Assembly (NCBI GenBank): GCA_021775355.1
Contig: JAJFHZ010000025.1
Location: 6,698-70,697 of the forward strand
Length of the DNA stretch: 64,000 nucleotides
Source: Amylibacter sp.
GTDB taxonomy: Bacteria; Pseudomonadota; Alphaproteobacteria; Rhodobacterales; Rhodobacteraceae
Direction of reading: 5' to 3'
The notes beneath the pieces were generated by a model. That model saw only the letters and a list, made by a program, of their open reading frames with translations, made no database searches and was not told the DNA's origin. Numbering within the stretch: position 1 is the stretch's first letter; every line of letters starts with the position of its first letter. Positions 48,123 through 58,477 of this stretch are shown here, in pieces. Made by a program: the position numbers and the translations under genes.

Positions 48123-49202
48123 ATGGGAGCCTATATTCTAAGACGGTTGTTGCTGATGATCCCGACATTGTTGGGGATCATGCTGATCAATTTTGTCCTG
48201 ATCCAGTTCGTACCGGGCGGCCCGATTGAAACGATTATCGCCCAAATTGAAAGCGAATCCAGTGCTACAGACCGCATATCGGGTGGCGGCAGCGAGGTTA
48301 ACGGCAGCGGGTCAGACAGCCAATATCAAGGCGCGCGCGGCCTGCCCGAAGATTTCATCAAAGACCTTGAAAAGCAGTTCGGTTTCGACAAACCCGCCTA
48401 TCAACGCTTCTACATCATGATGACCAATTACCTACAGTTTGACTTTGGTGAAAGTTACTTCCGCTCAATCAGTGTCAAAGACCTGATCATAGAAAAAATG
48501 CCCGTATCCATAACCCTGGGCCTGTGGTCGACGTTGCTTGCCTACATGATTTCAATCCCGCTTGGCATCCGCAAAGCGGTCAAGGACGGCAGCAAGTTCG
48601 ATACATGGTCGTCAGGTGTCATCATTGCCGCCTATGCGGTTCCAGGCTTCTTGTTTGCTATTATGTTGATGGTGTTTTTCGCGGGCGGCTCTTACTGGAA
48701 GATATTCCCATTACGCGGTCTAACCTCGGAAGGGTTTGCGGATTTCAGCACTTTGGGGCAGATCAAAGATTACCTTTGGCATATTGTGTTACCCGTGACC
48801 GCCGCCACGATCGGGGCTTTTGCCACGCTTACACTGCTGACAAAAAATTCGTTTCTGGATGAAATCAACAAACAATATGTCACCACGGCGCGCGCCAAGG
48901 GACTGACCGAAAACGCAGTTTTTTACGGCCATGTTTTTCGCAATGCGATGTTGATTGTGATCGCCGGTTTTCCCAGTGCTTTTGTCGGTGTGTTTTTCGG
49001 CTCGTCCCTGATCATCGAAATCGTGTTTTCATTGGATGGTCTTGGCCGTCTTGGGTTTGAAGCCGCCGTCAACCGTGATTATCCGGTGTTTTTCGGAACG
49101 CTTTACGTGTTTGGATTAATTTCACTAGTCATCGGTCTGGTATCCGATTTGATGTATGTCTGGATTGACCCGCGCATTGATTTCGAAAGCAGGGAAACCT
49201 GA
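48123..49202 (+). CDS. yejB: ABC transporter permease (YejB-like)
   Basis: MGAYILRRLLLMIPTLLGIMLINFVLIQFVPGGP is typical of DppB/YejB. Confidence 0.9.
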   Translation: MGAYILRRLLLMIPTLLGIMLINFVLIQFVPGGPIETIIAQIESESSATDRISGGGSEVNGSGSDSQYQGARGLPEDFIKDLEKQFGFDKPAYQRFYIMMTNYLQFDFGESYFRSISVKDLIIEKMPVSITLGLWSTLLAYMISIPLGIRKAVKDGSKFDTWSSGVIIAAYAVPGFLFAIMLMVFFAGGSYWKIFPLRGLTSEGFADFSTLGQIKDYLWHIVLPVTAATIGAFATLTLLTKNSFLDEINKQYVTTARAKGLTENAVFYGHVFRNAMLIVIAGFPSAFVGVFFGSSLIIEIVFSLDGLGRLGFEAAVNRDYPVFFGTLYVFGLISLVIGLVSDLMYVWIDPRIDFESRET

Positions 49203-50314
49203 TGGCCCTGTTCACGTCCCCACTTGCGAAACGCAGATGGTCAAATTTCAAGGCCAACCGCCGCGCCTATTGGTCTTTGATGATTTTCGGCATCCTGTTT
49301 GTCGTTTGTCTGTTTGCCGAGCTGGTTGCAAACGACAAGCCCCTGTTGGTCAGCTACAAAGGGTCGCTTTATACACCTGCATTCAGCTTTTACACAGAAG
49401 TCGAATTCGGTGGCGAGTTCGAAACCGAAGCGGAATACCCGTCCCCCGAAGTGCAATGTTTAATTCGTTCCGGTGGGTTGGAAGCCTGTCTGGACGACCC
49501 CGAAAGCACATCGGCCGATATTGCAGACGGCACGTTTGAAGGGGCTGATATACAGGCGGGTTGGATAATCTGGGCCCCTGTGCCCTACAGTTTCAACACG
49601 ATCAACTATGATGTACAAACCGCCCCATCCCCGCCCGACGCCAAACACATACTTGGTACCGATGATCAAACCCGTGATGTGCTAGCGCGGATCATTTACG
49701 GCTTTCGCATTTCCATCATATTCGCCATGATCGTTGTCGGCATTTCATCCACACTGGGCATTATGGCAGGGGCAGCGCAGGGTTACTTCGGCGGTATGGT
49801 CGATCTGTTATTCCAACGCTTTGTTGAAATATGGTCAAGTATGCCGCTGTTATATGTGATCATCATTCTGTCGGCTATTTTCTCGATGAATTTTATTATT
49901 CTAACCTTCATCGTCATTCTATTTGCGTGGACAGGTTTGGTGGGTTTGGTGCGTGCAGAATTTCTGCGCGCGCGGAATTTCGAATATGTTCGCGCTGCCC
50001 GCGCGATGGGCGTGCCTGATCGTGTCATCATGTGGCGACATCTATTACCCAACGCCATGGTCGCCACCCTGACGTTTCTGCCTTTTGCCGTGACTGGGGC
50101 CATCGGCACGTTGACCTCACTTGATTTTCTGGGCTTTGGTTTGCCACCATCCTACCCGTCATTGGGCGAACTGGCCCTGCAAGCCAAAAACAACCTGCAA
50201 GCCCCGTGGCTGGCCTTTGCCGCCTTCCTGACCATTTCTACCATGCTGTCCCTTCTTGTCTTCGTCTTTGAAGGTGTCCGTGATGCTTTTGATCCACGGA
50301 AAACCTTTCGATGA
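49202..50314 (+). CDS. yejE: ABC transporter permease (YejE-like)
   Basis: HILGTDDQTRDVLARIIYG is a DppC/YejE-type motif. Overlapping start. Confidence 0.9.
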   Translation: MALFTSPLAKRRWSNFKANRRAYWSLMIFGILFVVCLFAELVANDKPLLVSYKGSLYTPAFSFYTEVEFGGEFETEAEYPSPEVQCLIRSGGLEACLDDPESTSADIADGTFEGADIQAGWIIWAPVPYSFNTINYDVQTAPSPPDAKHILGTDDQTRDVLARIIYGFRISIIFAMIVVGISSTLGIMAGAAQGYFGGMVDLLFQRFVEIWSSMPLLYVIIILSAIFSMNFIILTFIVILFAWTGLVGLVRAEFLRARNFEYVRAARAMGVPDRVIMWRHLLPNAMVATLTFLPFAVTGAIGTLTSLDFLGFGLPPSYPSLGELALQAKNNLQAPWLAFAAFLTISTMLSLLVFVFEGVRDAFDPRKTFR

Positions 50315-51915
50315 ACGAACCTGTACTGGATATTTCTGGCCTGACCATTCGCTTTGGTGATGGCCCCAATGCAATCGAAAATGTCAGCCTAACGATAATG
50401 CCCGGTGAAACCGTTGCCTTGGTGGGCGAAAGCGGATCCGGCAAATCTATCACGGCGCTGGCCACGATTGATTTGCTGCCAGACAGTGCCACAGTCACAG
50501 GTTCGGCCAAATATCGCGGCACTGAGATGATTGACGCGGATCAGACAACCTTGCGACAGGTGCGTGGCAACGACATCAGCTTTATCTTTCAGGAACCGAT
50601 GACATCGCTAAACCCGCTGCACACTATTGAGCGACAATTGGGCGAAAGCCTTGCCCTGCATCAGGGCATCAGCAGCAAAGATGCCCGCGGACATATTTTG
50701 GAACTGCTGCACAAGGTTGGCATACGCGACCCTGAAACACGACTGAACGATTACCCGCACACCCTGTCGGGCGGTCAACGCCAGCGCGTCATTATAGCTA
50801 TGGCTTTGGCCAATAAGCCTGACCTGCTGATCGCGGATGAACCGACAACTGCACTGGATGTCACTATTCAGGCCCAAATTCTGGAACTGCTAGCGGAACT
50901 GCAAAAATCAGAAGGCATGGCCCTTTTATTCATCACCCACGATCTGGGCGTTGTGCATAAAATTTCTGATCGTGTCTGCGTTATGCAGGGTGGTCATATC
51001 GTAGAGGCAGGGCCGACCAAGGACATCTTCGACAACCCGCAGAACGACTACACAAAAATGCTATTGTCAGCCGAACCAACAGGTGAGCCGATCCCTGTCA
51101 AGAAGGACGCATCCGTCATCGTCAGTGCGGAAAATCTGCGCGTTTGGTTTCCGATCAAACGCGGATTGATGCGCAAGGTTGTGGGACACATTAAAGCGGT
51201 AAACGACGCGACATTCACAATCCGTGCAGGTGAAACCCTTGGGCTTGTCGGCGAAAGCGGATCGGGTAAAACCACCCTTGCACTGGCCGTCATGCGCCTG
51301 ATTTCATCCACCGGCCCGATTGTATTTCTGGGCAATCGTATTGACGGGCTGCAATCCAAAGACTTGCAACCCCTGCGCCGCGATATGCAAATGGTGTTTC
51401 AAGACCCATATGGATCACTTAGTCCGCGCATGACAATAGAACAGATTATTGCCGAAGGCCTGGGTGTTCACGGGCTGGAACCCGGCCAAGACCAGCACGA
51501 ACTGGTCAAAGACATCATGCGTGAGGTCGATCTTGAGCCCGGCATGATCAACCGCTATCCACACGAATTTTCGGGCGGCCAACGGCAACGTATTGCGATT
51601 GCACGCGCGATGATCCTAAAGCCAAAACTGGTGATATTGGATGAACCGACATCGGCATTGGATATGACTGTGCAGGTGCAAATAGTAGAATTGCTGCGTG
51701 ATCTGCAACAAAAATACGGACTGGCATTTTTGTTTATCAGTCACGATCTGAAAGTCGTGCGCACGGTCAGCCACAAGGTTATCGTGATGCGCCAAGGTGA
51801 TGTTGTGGAAATCGGCACGGGCGAACAGATTTTCAATGCACCCACCACAGATTACACCCGCGCTTTGATCGCGGCCGCCATTGATCTGGAAGTTAAATCG
51901 GGGGCTTCCGAATAG
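50311..51915 (+). CDS. yejF: Fused double ATPase of the peptide/microcin C-type ABC transporter (YejF-like)
   Basis: Two cassettes, GESGSGKS x2 and LSGGQRQR x2. Confidence 0.92.
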   Translation: MNEPVLDISGLTIRFGDGPNAIENVSLTIMPGETVALVGESGSGKSITALATIDLLPDSATVTGSAKYRGTEMIDADQTTLRQVRGNDISFIFQEPMTSLNPLHTIERQLGESLALHQGISSKDARGHILELLHKVGIRDPETRLNDYPHTLSGGQRQRVIIAMALANKPDLLIADEPTTALDVTIQAQILELLAELQKSEGMALLFITHDLGVVHKISDRVCVMQGGHIVEAGPTKDIFDNPQNDYTKMLLSAEPTGEPIPVKKDASVIVSAENLRVWFPIKRGLMRKVVGHIKAVNDATFTIRAGETLGLVGESGSGKTTLALAVMRLISSTGPIVFLGNRIDGLQSKDLQPLRRDMQMVFQDPYGSLSPRMTIEQIIAEGLGVHGLEPGQDQHELVKDIMREVDLEPGMINRYPHEFSGGQRQRIAIARAMILKPKLVILDEPTSALDMTVQVQIVELLRDLQQKYGLAFLFISHDLKVVRTVSHKVIVMRQGDVVEIGTGEQIFNAPTTDYTRALIAAAIDLEVKSGASE

Positions 51916-51976
51916 TTGGGATCGGATGCAATTGCCCCTTGCCAAACGGCAGGATGCAGAGTAAATCCCCCTTCGT

Positions 51977-52053
51977 GCACCGATAGCTCAGCTGGATAGA
52001 GTACCTGACTACGAATCAGGGGGCCAGGGGTTCGAATCCCTTTCGGTGCACCA
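51977..52053 (+). tRNA. tRNA-Arg (anticodon ACG)
   Basis: GCACCGA acceptor, GCTCAGCTGGATAGAGT D arm, CCTGA-CTACGAA-TCAGG anticodon arm, GGTTCGAATCC T arm, encoded CCA. Confidence 0.93.
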
Positions 52054-52269
52054 CCACACTTAACACTTTGATATTACATGTTTTTCTTGCGTAATTAACC
52101 CGTACTTCCGGACGTTAAGAAGGTGTAATATTACCCCAGACCCAAAACATGCAGTTATTTGGCCAGAATCTATCAAAAGTCTGGGAACGGCTTTTGCACG
52201 GTCGCCGTTTGCGGGGTCGTGATGCAGTGCTGAAGGTAATGTAGAGGTTTTTAAAATAACACTGTTCTC

Positions 52270-53934
52270 TTACAGAGGGCGGAACATCTCACGCTGATCA
52301 TGCCAGATGGTTGGAAAGGCATGACGCAACAGCCATCCGGTTGTCAGTCCTAGTGGCTGGCTGCCTTCATAAACGTCGCGAATGACGTCCGGTGCCAGAA
52401 AAGCCAGTTCAATCAATTTCTTAATCCGGTCCTTTGAAACACCTTCCACTGTGGCAATCTCCGTATATGTCCGGCCAGCCCGAACCATGGCAAAGTAGCG
52501 ATGCGCTCTGGCGATGTTTTTGAACAGAACCTCATCGCGCGGAGATATGGCATCGGCGAGAATAATTTTGGTTTCAACACCGCGCTTACGATGTTGGAAC
52601 TCTGAGCTGAACACCAGGATTTCGCTGTTAATGCGCTCTGGTGTTACGCTCAGGTGCACAGCAACGGCTTTTACACAAAGCGCAATCGTGATCTTGCCCG
52701 GAGTGATATCAACACGGTTGACCAAGGTATGGGGGTCTGGACCTGTTACCTCACGACACTTATTTTGTGGCGAAAGGCGCTCACTAGAACCCGCAAGTTC
52801 ATCGGTTGTAGCGTCCTGTATAATGTTAGCAACGTTTTCAGCTTTACTTAGATGCCCTACGACCAGTTCAGCAATCGCAGCTTCAAGCGGCGGCCCGGGC
52901 AACCGCCATCCACCCGGGTCTTTCTTATCTGTACTGCGGATCAGACGATGCGACACATAATACCGAAGCCTGCGACCCTTTGCTGTTTTGGTATGGCTGG
53001 GCGTCAACCTGTCACCGGTTTCGTCAAACACTTTGCCGATCAGCAGAGATAACTGCTTTTTCCCACGCACATCACTTTGTCCTTTCCCTGTGCGCGGCTT
53101 GACTGCACCTGCCTTCAGTTGTTCCTGCAATTGATCCCAGATATCAGGATTGATGATCGCCTCATGCTGGCCGGGGTAGACCTTTGTCTTGTGACGGATC
53201 CTGCCCGCGTAGATCGGATTGGTCAGGATATGATAGATGTGGCCAAAGCTGAAGCGTGCGCCACCCTTCATCCGGCCTGAAGGCAAAGTTCGTACAGCTG
53301 TTCTTAATCCCTGCTGGTCGGCTTTTTGTTTGGTCATTCTGACAGTCCCGTGTTGGTGGTAAAGATCATAGATGGTCCGAATGATCTGCGCATCCGGTTC
53401 ACTGATTTTTAAGGTTCGCCCATCGGATTCATAACCGATGGGCACATTACCTCCCATCCAGAGCCCCTTTTTCTTGGATGCCGCTATTTTGTCGCGAATA
53501 CGTTCTGCTGTAACCTCGCGTTCAAACTGTGCAAATGACAGCAGCATATTCAGCGTCAGGCGGCCCATGCTGGTAGCCGTGTTGAAGGATTGTGTGACAG
53601 ATACAAATGAAGCTCCCGCATCATCCAGAATATCAACGATCTTCACAAAATCCGCCAGCGAGCGGGTCAGACGGTCAATCTTATAGACGATGACCCGATC
53701 GACCTTTCCTGATCTGATGTCTGCAAGCAAGTGCTGCAAACCAGGTCGTTCCAGCGTTCCACCTGACAGGCCACCATCATCGTAAGCTCCCGGCACCAGC
53801 ACCCAACCTTCATTCTTCTGGCTCACAATATAAGCCGCACAAGCCTCACGCTGTGCATCAAGTGAATTAAAGTCCTGTTCCAGACCGTCTTCGGTGCTCT
53901 TTCGCGTATATATGGCGCAGCGGATCTTTTTCAT
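52270..53934 (-). CDS. Large serine recombinase
   Basis: 554 aa. N-terminal resolvase domain AIYTRKSTEDGLEQDFNSLDAQREAC...YKIDRLTRS, followed by a recombinase domain. Confidence 0.92.
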   Translation of the reverse strand: MKKIRCAIYTRKSTEDGLEQDFNSLDAQREACAAYIVSQKNEGWVLVPGAYDDGGLSGGTLERPGLQHLLADIRSGKVDRVIVYKIDRLTRSLADFVKIVDILDDAGASFVSVTQSFNTATSMGRLTLNMLLSFAQFEREVTAERIRDKIAASKKKGLWMGGNVPIGYESDGRTLKISEPDAQIIRTIYDLYHQHGTVRMTKQKADQQGLRTAVRTLPSGRMKGGARFSFGHIYHILTNPIYAGRIRHKTKVYPGQHEAIINPDIWDQLQEQLKAGAVKPRTGKGQSDVRGKKQLSLLIGKVFDETGDRLTPSHTKTAKGRRLRYYVSHRLIRSTDKKDPGGWRLPGPPLEAAIAELVVGHLSKAENVANIIQDATTDELAGSSERLSPQNKCREVTGPDPHTLVNRVDITPGKITIALCVKAVAVHLSVTPERINSEILVFSSEFQHRKRGVETKIILADAISPRDEVLFKNIARAHRYFAMVRAGRTYTEIATVEGVSKDRIKKLIELAFLAPDVIRDVYEGSQPLGLTTGWLLRHAFPTIWHDQREMFRPL

Positions 53935-54371
53935 TGGCCTGCCCCTGCCCCGCCCGTCAGGTCAAAGAAACGCGGTCCTGACCAGTTTGTGCCGGTAATA
54001 TGAAGCGCGATGGCAGACAGTGATTTGAAGCGTTCCTCGCCCAACATATAACAGTCTTCCCTCACCTCAACGCTGTAACATCGCCCGTTCCATTCGCGGA
54101 TCAATTGTGTTCCCGGCTTGGCGGCAGCTGCCGCCGGCATGCTTGGAGATTTGCCATCCGCAGTAGCCTTCAGTGCCCGCTTCAAGGCAGGCGAAAGCCC
54201 GCCAAAGCGACGGCATTGTTCATCCCAAATCAGTGCCTTACGCATAAACATCATCGATATATGATGCGGAGATGCCATCTCGAACGCTTTTACCCAGGCG
54301 ACACGAAGGTCGGAACGATCCAGATTGCTCAATTCAGACATCCGCGCATGAATGTCATTATCGCCGGCCAT
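53931..54371 (-). CDS. DUF2924 domain protein
   Basis: Pattern LDRSDLRVAWVKAF...FGGLSPALKRALK...REWNGRCYSVEV...FKSLSAIALHITGTNWSGPRFF. Four-nt overlap with the recombinase. Confidence 0.75.
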   Translation of the reverse strand: MAGDNDIHARMSELSNLDRSDLRVAWVKAFEMASPHHISMMFMRKALIWDEQCRRFGGLSPALKRALKATADGKSPSMPAAAAAKPGTQLIREWNGRCYSVEVREDCYMLGEERFKSLSAIALHITGTNWSGPRFFDLTGGAGAGQ

Positions 54372-54676
54372 CAGGCGTCCTGCTGCGCAGGCAGACTTGT
54401 GATACGGTAGTGGGTAAGCTTACAGTTTCCCGACTTCACGGACGTAATCACGTAGCCCGTTTTACGTAGTTTGCTCAGGGCCGAACGGGTCGTATGCGGT
54501 AGCCAGCCCAACCTCTTGCTGAGACTGCCGACATCAGCCCCGCGGTCTTTACTCAGAAAGCCGATCAGTCTTGCCCTCTTGGTTACCCTAGGGCGCCGTG
54601 AAACCCGTGCCACTTTGCCAGGATTTATCTGTGCCGTGGTCATCTCGGGTATCTTTTTGATAGATATATTGGTCAT
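54371..54676 (-). CDS. DUF3489 domain protein
   Basis: KRARLIGFLSKDRGADVGSLSKRLGWLPHTTRSALSKLRKTGY winged-helix-like pattern. The start is set at MTNIS after GAAGGA. Confidence 0.7.
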   Translation of the reverse strand: MTNISIKKIPEMTTAQINPGKVARVSRRPRVTKRARLIGFLSKDRGADVGSLSKRLGWLPHTTRSALSKLRKTGYVITSVKSGNCKLTHYRITSLPAQQDA

Positions 54677-54952
54677 AATTATTCCTTCTGTATCAGGCAA
54701 AGCCATCCCGGCTCTGCTACTGATCAAAGCCCGGAGTGTTCGGGCGAAGGGTGCAACACAATTCCTAATGCGTCGGTGGTGACAGTACCGCTCTGTAAGC
54801 CTCCGAAGTCCAGTGGTTTATGGCTTAAGGGCCAAAAGCTGACATGGTAACTATGGGCGGAAAGCGGACATCTGAGTGTTTGACTCAGGATAATAGCCAA
54901 ATTCCCAAGAGCCGACATTCTAATCTCCGACCGATTGTAAATCTGTAGCCGA

Positions 54953-55534
54953 TTATTTGTAGGTCAGCCGAGGGCCTACAGCGTCTATGCCGATGGAAGC
55001 GATAAGTTCGTAGTAGCCGAATAGCACCAGCAAGAAGAAAGCAAAGAGGATCAGCTCATGCTTGAAGTGATGAGAATGGAAGTATGATCTGTCGCGATGG
55101 TGAATAACATCCATCAGTTCGTCGCCAAAGCGGATCGACAGGAACGTGCCCAAGCCTGACAGAACAATTACCCCCCAATAGGGATATGGAGTCAGTAATA
55201 TCTTATGCAACAGTTCGGTCAGGATGGTGGTTTTGTAGTAAGTTGGGGCATAAAATAGCGTCACAGCGTTTAGGGCAATGGCGACGCCCCAGACAGCAAC
55301 TTCGGAAACCACCATACGAATGCCAAAAAGCAATCGGAGGGGGAAATCCAATAGAAACCCCGCGTCGGCAACTGGAGTACATAAGACGAAGAAACTCCAT
55401 GTTAACATTGCTGCAATGCCACCGGTCGCAACGCCATACTCGTAACTGAGATACCCAAAATAACCGACCAAAATAGCGCACAGAAGAACGAACTTGATGA
55501 AAATCTGTATACTCGGTTTTGCTTTCATATCCAT
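54953..55534 (-). CDS. Polytopic membrane protein of unknown function with a His-rich loop
   Basis: 193 aa, five or six hydrophobic segments, loop HHRDRSYFHSHHFKH. Divergent from the two-component operon. Confidence 0.6.
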   Translation of the reverse strand: MDMKAKPSIQIFIKFVLLCAILVGYFGYLSYEYGVATGGIAAMLTWSFFVLCTPVADAGFLLDFPLRLLFGIRMVVSEVAVWGVAIALNAVTLFYAPTYYKTTILTELLHKILLTPYPYWGVIVLSGLGTFLSIRFGDELMDVIHHRDRSYFHSHHFKHELILFAFFLLVLFGYYELIASIGIDAVGPRLTYK

Positions 55535-55683
55535 GCCCAGTATTCAATAGTCTTTGCGATGTATCGAATACCGTTGCGGTAGTCCAGCCCGCGATCTGGG
55601 ATGCTGCGTGTGGAGCGTGGGGTTTTCACTTGTGGCTGGTTAAAGCCCAAAGTGTAAGTAAGCCTATATGTATCATCAACTTC

Positions 55684-55700
55684 GTAAGTCTTCTGTAAGC
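55684..55700 (+). promoter_or_regulatory. GTAAGTCTTCTGTAAGC (GTAAG-N6-GTAAG); candidate OmpR-family binding site, copy 1
   Basis: Identical to 58407-58423, with 11-bp half-site phasing. About 50 nt upstream of the DUF6134-like/RR/HK operon. A related TGTAAGTAAGCC lies at 55653-55664. Confidence 0.6.
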
Positions 55701-55752
55701 TAACTCCGCCAGTGCATATCTCAATGTACCTCTCATTTACATGGAGTATGAT

Positions 55753-56346
55753 ATGAGACTTTCAATTTTGACTATGGGATTGGCCGTATGTCTTGCCGCC
55801 CCCATTAACGCGGCATCATTACCGCAATCTGGCAGCTTAAAATTCGATGTGATCCGAAAAGGTAAAGACATTGGCGATCACAGTTACAAGTTTTCTGGAA
55901 CAAAAAATTCTTACTCCGTTAAAGTGTCCACGAATGTTATAGTCAAAGTGCCACTTATAAAATTAACAGCGTATAACTTTCAGCATGATAGTGTTGAGAC
56001 TTGGAAAAATGGCAAGCTACAAAAGCTATGGTCAACCACAAATGATGACGGTACGCCACACAAGGTGAACTCAGGTGCCAGTTCTATTTTGCCAGCCAGC
56101 CTGTGGAATGAGGACATTGTTAAAAGAAAAACACTGTTGAACACCGTGAATGGTAAGAAAATGTCTATCCGTGCGGCTGATTTTGGGAGTGAATCTATCA
56201 CCACAAAAAAAGGTACAGTCAGCGCGAGACACTACCGCATCTCTGGTGGGTTGGAGCGCGATCTTTGGTATGATGCAAATGGCGATCTTGCGCGTGTCTC
56301 ATTTAAAGCAGATGATGGCTCTGTAGTGATATACGTACGAAATTAG
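55753..56346 (+). CDS. Secreted beta-rich protein (DUF6134/DUF3108-like)
   Basis: Signal peptide MRLSILTMGLAVCLAAPINA, then LKFDVIRKGKDIGDHSYKF... The family assignment is from memory and is tentative. Confidence 0.6.
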   Translation: MRLSILTMGLAVCLAAPINAASLPQSGSLKFDVIRKGKDIGDHSYKFSGTKNSYSVKVSTNVIVKVPLIKLTAYNFQHDSVETWKNGKLQKLWSTTNDDGTPHKVNSGASSILPASLWNEDIVKRKTLLNTVNGKKMSIRAADFGSESITTKKGTVSARHYRISGGLERDLWYDANGDLARVSFKADDGSVVIYVRN

Positions 56347-56356
56347 GATGTAGCCG

Positions 56357-57034
56357 ATGCGGCTTCTATATGTGGAAGACAATGTGAAGTTGGCGCAAAA
56401 TACATGCGCCAGCTTACAAAAGAATAGCTTTACGGTTGATGTAGTACATACAGGTGAAGATGCAATTCACGCTGCAAAATCCTATGACTATGACGCAATT
56501 GTTTTGGATTTAGGCCTGCCGGATATGGATGGTCTTAGCGTTTTAAGTGACATCAAAAGCGTAAAGCCTGAAGTCCCTGTCATAATTTGTACAGCCCGGG
56601 ATGCACTTGATGATCGTTTGAAAGGGTTAAACTCTGGTTCGGATGATTATCTTGTAAAGCCATTTAATGTGTCCGAATTGATTGCAAGGATAAAAGCCGT
56701 GTTGCGTCGTCCGGGTGGAGCGTTGGGTTTGGTTTTACAGGCAGGCAACATTAATTTTCATACGGTGGACCGATCCGTTAAAATTTCTGACAAGCCTGCA
56801 AAATTATCAAAACGTGAGCTAGATCTTTTAGAATTATTCATGCGGCGCAAAGGACGTATCCAATCAAAAGATGCCATTGAGAATGCTTTGTATGGCTTTG
56901 ATGAGCCCCCGACGCCGAATGCAATTGAGGTTGCAGCGCATCGCTTGCGTAAAAAGTTGGTGGATTTAGGGGCAACATCAAAAATTCAAACGCTGCGCGG
57001 TATAGGCTACATCTTGGAAGATGATGGGCAATGA
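56357..57034 (+). CDS. OmpR/PhoB-family response regulator
   Basis: MRLLYVEDN...VLDLGLPDMDG...KPF receiver, plus a winged-helix output ending IQTLRGIGYIL. Confidence 0.93.
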   Translation: MRLLYVEDNVKLAQNTCASLQKNSFTVDVVHTGEDAIHAAKSYDYDAIVLDLGLPDMDGLSVLSDIKSVKPEVPVIICTARDALDDRLKGLNSGSDDYLVKPFNVSELIARIKAVLRRPGGALGLVLQAGNINFHTVDRSVKISDKPAKLSKRELDLLELFMRRKGRIQSKDAIENALYGFDEPPTPNAIEVAAHRLRKKLVDLGATSKIQTLRGIGYILEDDGQ

Positions 57035-58401
57035 AAGTGTTCAACATTCTTTTTGGCGAACGATACTCTCTTCGCCGCAGCTTAATCATCAATATCATCA
57101 TTGCATTAAGCATATGTATTGCCCTGGCCATGATTGTACTGGTTCGGGAATTCTATGAGCATTTGGCAGAAAATGTTGAAGATGCACTTTATGAAGAAGC
57201 CAAGGAAGTTGTCAGGCAGATTGACCCCAGTTTAGATACATATGGCCTGCAGTCTGATGCTAGACGTTTTGAAGGAGTAACTGGACTGTATAGATATACA
57301 GTGTTCGACACCGCAGGCACGCCGATTGCAGGCACTGAAACATCACCAGAAATTCAATCACAGATGCAAGGGTTGGAACTCGACCAGCCAAGAAAAATAT
57401 CGCTGTTAGGTGAACGATTGGGGATTGGTTTACGTGCAAAGATAGATAATCAGAATTTTTTTGTTTTAGCTTCGACCTATCCAAAGGGCACCGAGAAGAC
57501 GAAGTTTCAAAAGCTTGTTTACGAAATTCAAGAGGAAATCATTTGGGTGGCTCTTGGGGTCATAACGATTTTAACCGCGGCCATATTTGCAACCAGAAGA
57601 GCGTTGCGCCCGTTGAGGTCTATACAAAAACAAGCGCAACTTATTGGCCCATCTGCCACGACCAAACGATTATCGATCGAACGCCTGCCAGCGGAGTTGG
57701 CACCGTTGATTACTTCCGTGAATGGTGCTTTTGAACGCCTTGAAAAAGGTTACCAGGCACAACGCGATTTTTCTTCTAATGTCGCTCATGAAATCAGAAC
57801 ACCATTGGCGGTGCTTCGATCCAGTATCGATATGATTGATAATCCAGAAGTCAAAGAAACCATCTATGAAGACGTTCTACGCTTAGACCGAATGTTCGAA
57901 CAGATGATTGATTTATCGCGTGCGGATGCATTGGCAAAAACGACCCATGAGCCAATAGATTTACACCAGCTTGTCGTAGATTTGGCAATGGATATGAGTG
58001 CAGGAGCATTGAAAGACGGGAAGTCTTTGGCTGTCACAGGTGTTGAAAATTGTACTGTTGTTGGGAATAAAGGGTTACTGACCGTTGCTGTTGGAAATCT
58101 GGTGCGCAATGCGTTGAATTACTCTCCGATTGGCACGGAAGTCGAAATAGACGTTACGGTAAATCCGTCCGGTATCCGTGTCTTGGATCGTGGTGACGGG
58201 GTCAGTGACGCACAAAAGCAAACATTGTTTGAACGTTTTCAAAGGGGGGCTCCGACGAATGATAACGTCTCTGGGTCCGGTATTGGATTGGCAATTGTTA
58301 AGTCTGTAGCGGATGCGCATAATGCCAATATCGAGGTTCACGACCGACACGGTGGTGGCAGCGTTTTCGAACTTATTTTCCAATCGGACAAAAAATCATA
58401 A
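57031..58401 (+). CDS. Sensor histidine kinase with two TM helices and a periplasmic loop
   Basis: H box SSNVAHEIRTPLAVL, N box NLVRNALNYS, G box GSGIGLAIV. ATGA overlap with the RR gene. Confidence 0.92.
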   Translation: MKVFNILFGERYSLRRSLIINIIIALSICIALAMIVLVREFYEHLAENVEDALYEEAKEVVRQIDPSLDTYGLQSDARRFEGVTGLYRYTVFDTAGTPIAGTETSPEIQSQMQGLELDQPRKISLLGERLGIGLRAKIDNQNFFVLASTYPKGTEKTKFQKLVYEIQEEIIWVALGVITILTAAIFATRRALRPLRSIQKQAQLIGPSATTKRLSIERLPAELAPLITSVNGAFERLEKGYQAQRDFSSNVAHEIRTPLAVLRSSIDMIDNPEVKETIYEDVLRLDRMFEQMIDLSRADALAKTTHEPIDLHQLVVDLAMDMSAGALKDGKSLAVTGVENCTVVGNKGLLTVAVGNLVRNALNYSPIGTEVEIDVTVNPSGIRVLDRGDGVSDAQKQTLFERFQRGAPTNDNVSGSGIGLAIVKSVADAHNANIEVHDRHGGGSVFELIFQSDKKS

Positions 58402-58406
58402 CTCTT

Positions 58407-58423
58407 GTAAGTCTTCTGTAAGC
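58407..58423 (+). promoter_or_regulatory. GTAAGTCTTCTGTAAGC, copy 2
   Basis: Begins 6 nt after the kinase stop and about 55 nt before the ATG at 58478. As in copy 1, it is followed by a CCGCC...CATAT segment. Confidence 0.6.
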
Positions 58424-58477
58424 CGAGCCGCCCCATATGCATGTTGAAAGCATATGAAAGCATGCCTGAGGCACGAT

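Noticed and set aside
52054-52269. Search for att-like repeats between tRNA-Arg(ACG) and the recombinase gene (CTTAAC...ATATTAC versus GTTAAG...GTAATATTAC)
   Set aside because: The half-sites are individually inverted but do not form a coherent inverted or direct repeat. No copy of the tRNA 3' end was found downstream in the window.
54724-54918. 64-aa ORF, and the similar 62189..62488 ORF
   Set aside because: They are translations of the GCGGACA-type intergenic repeats. They are treated as repeat DNA rather than genes.
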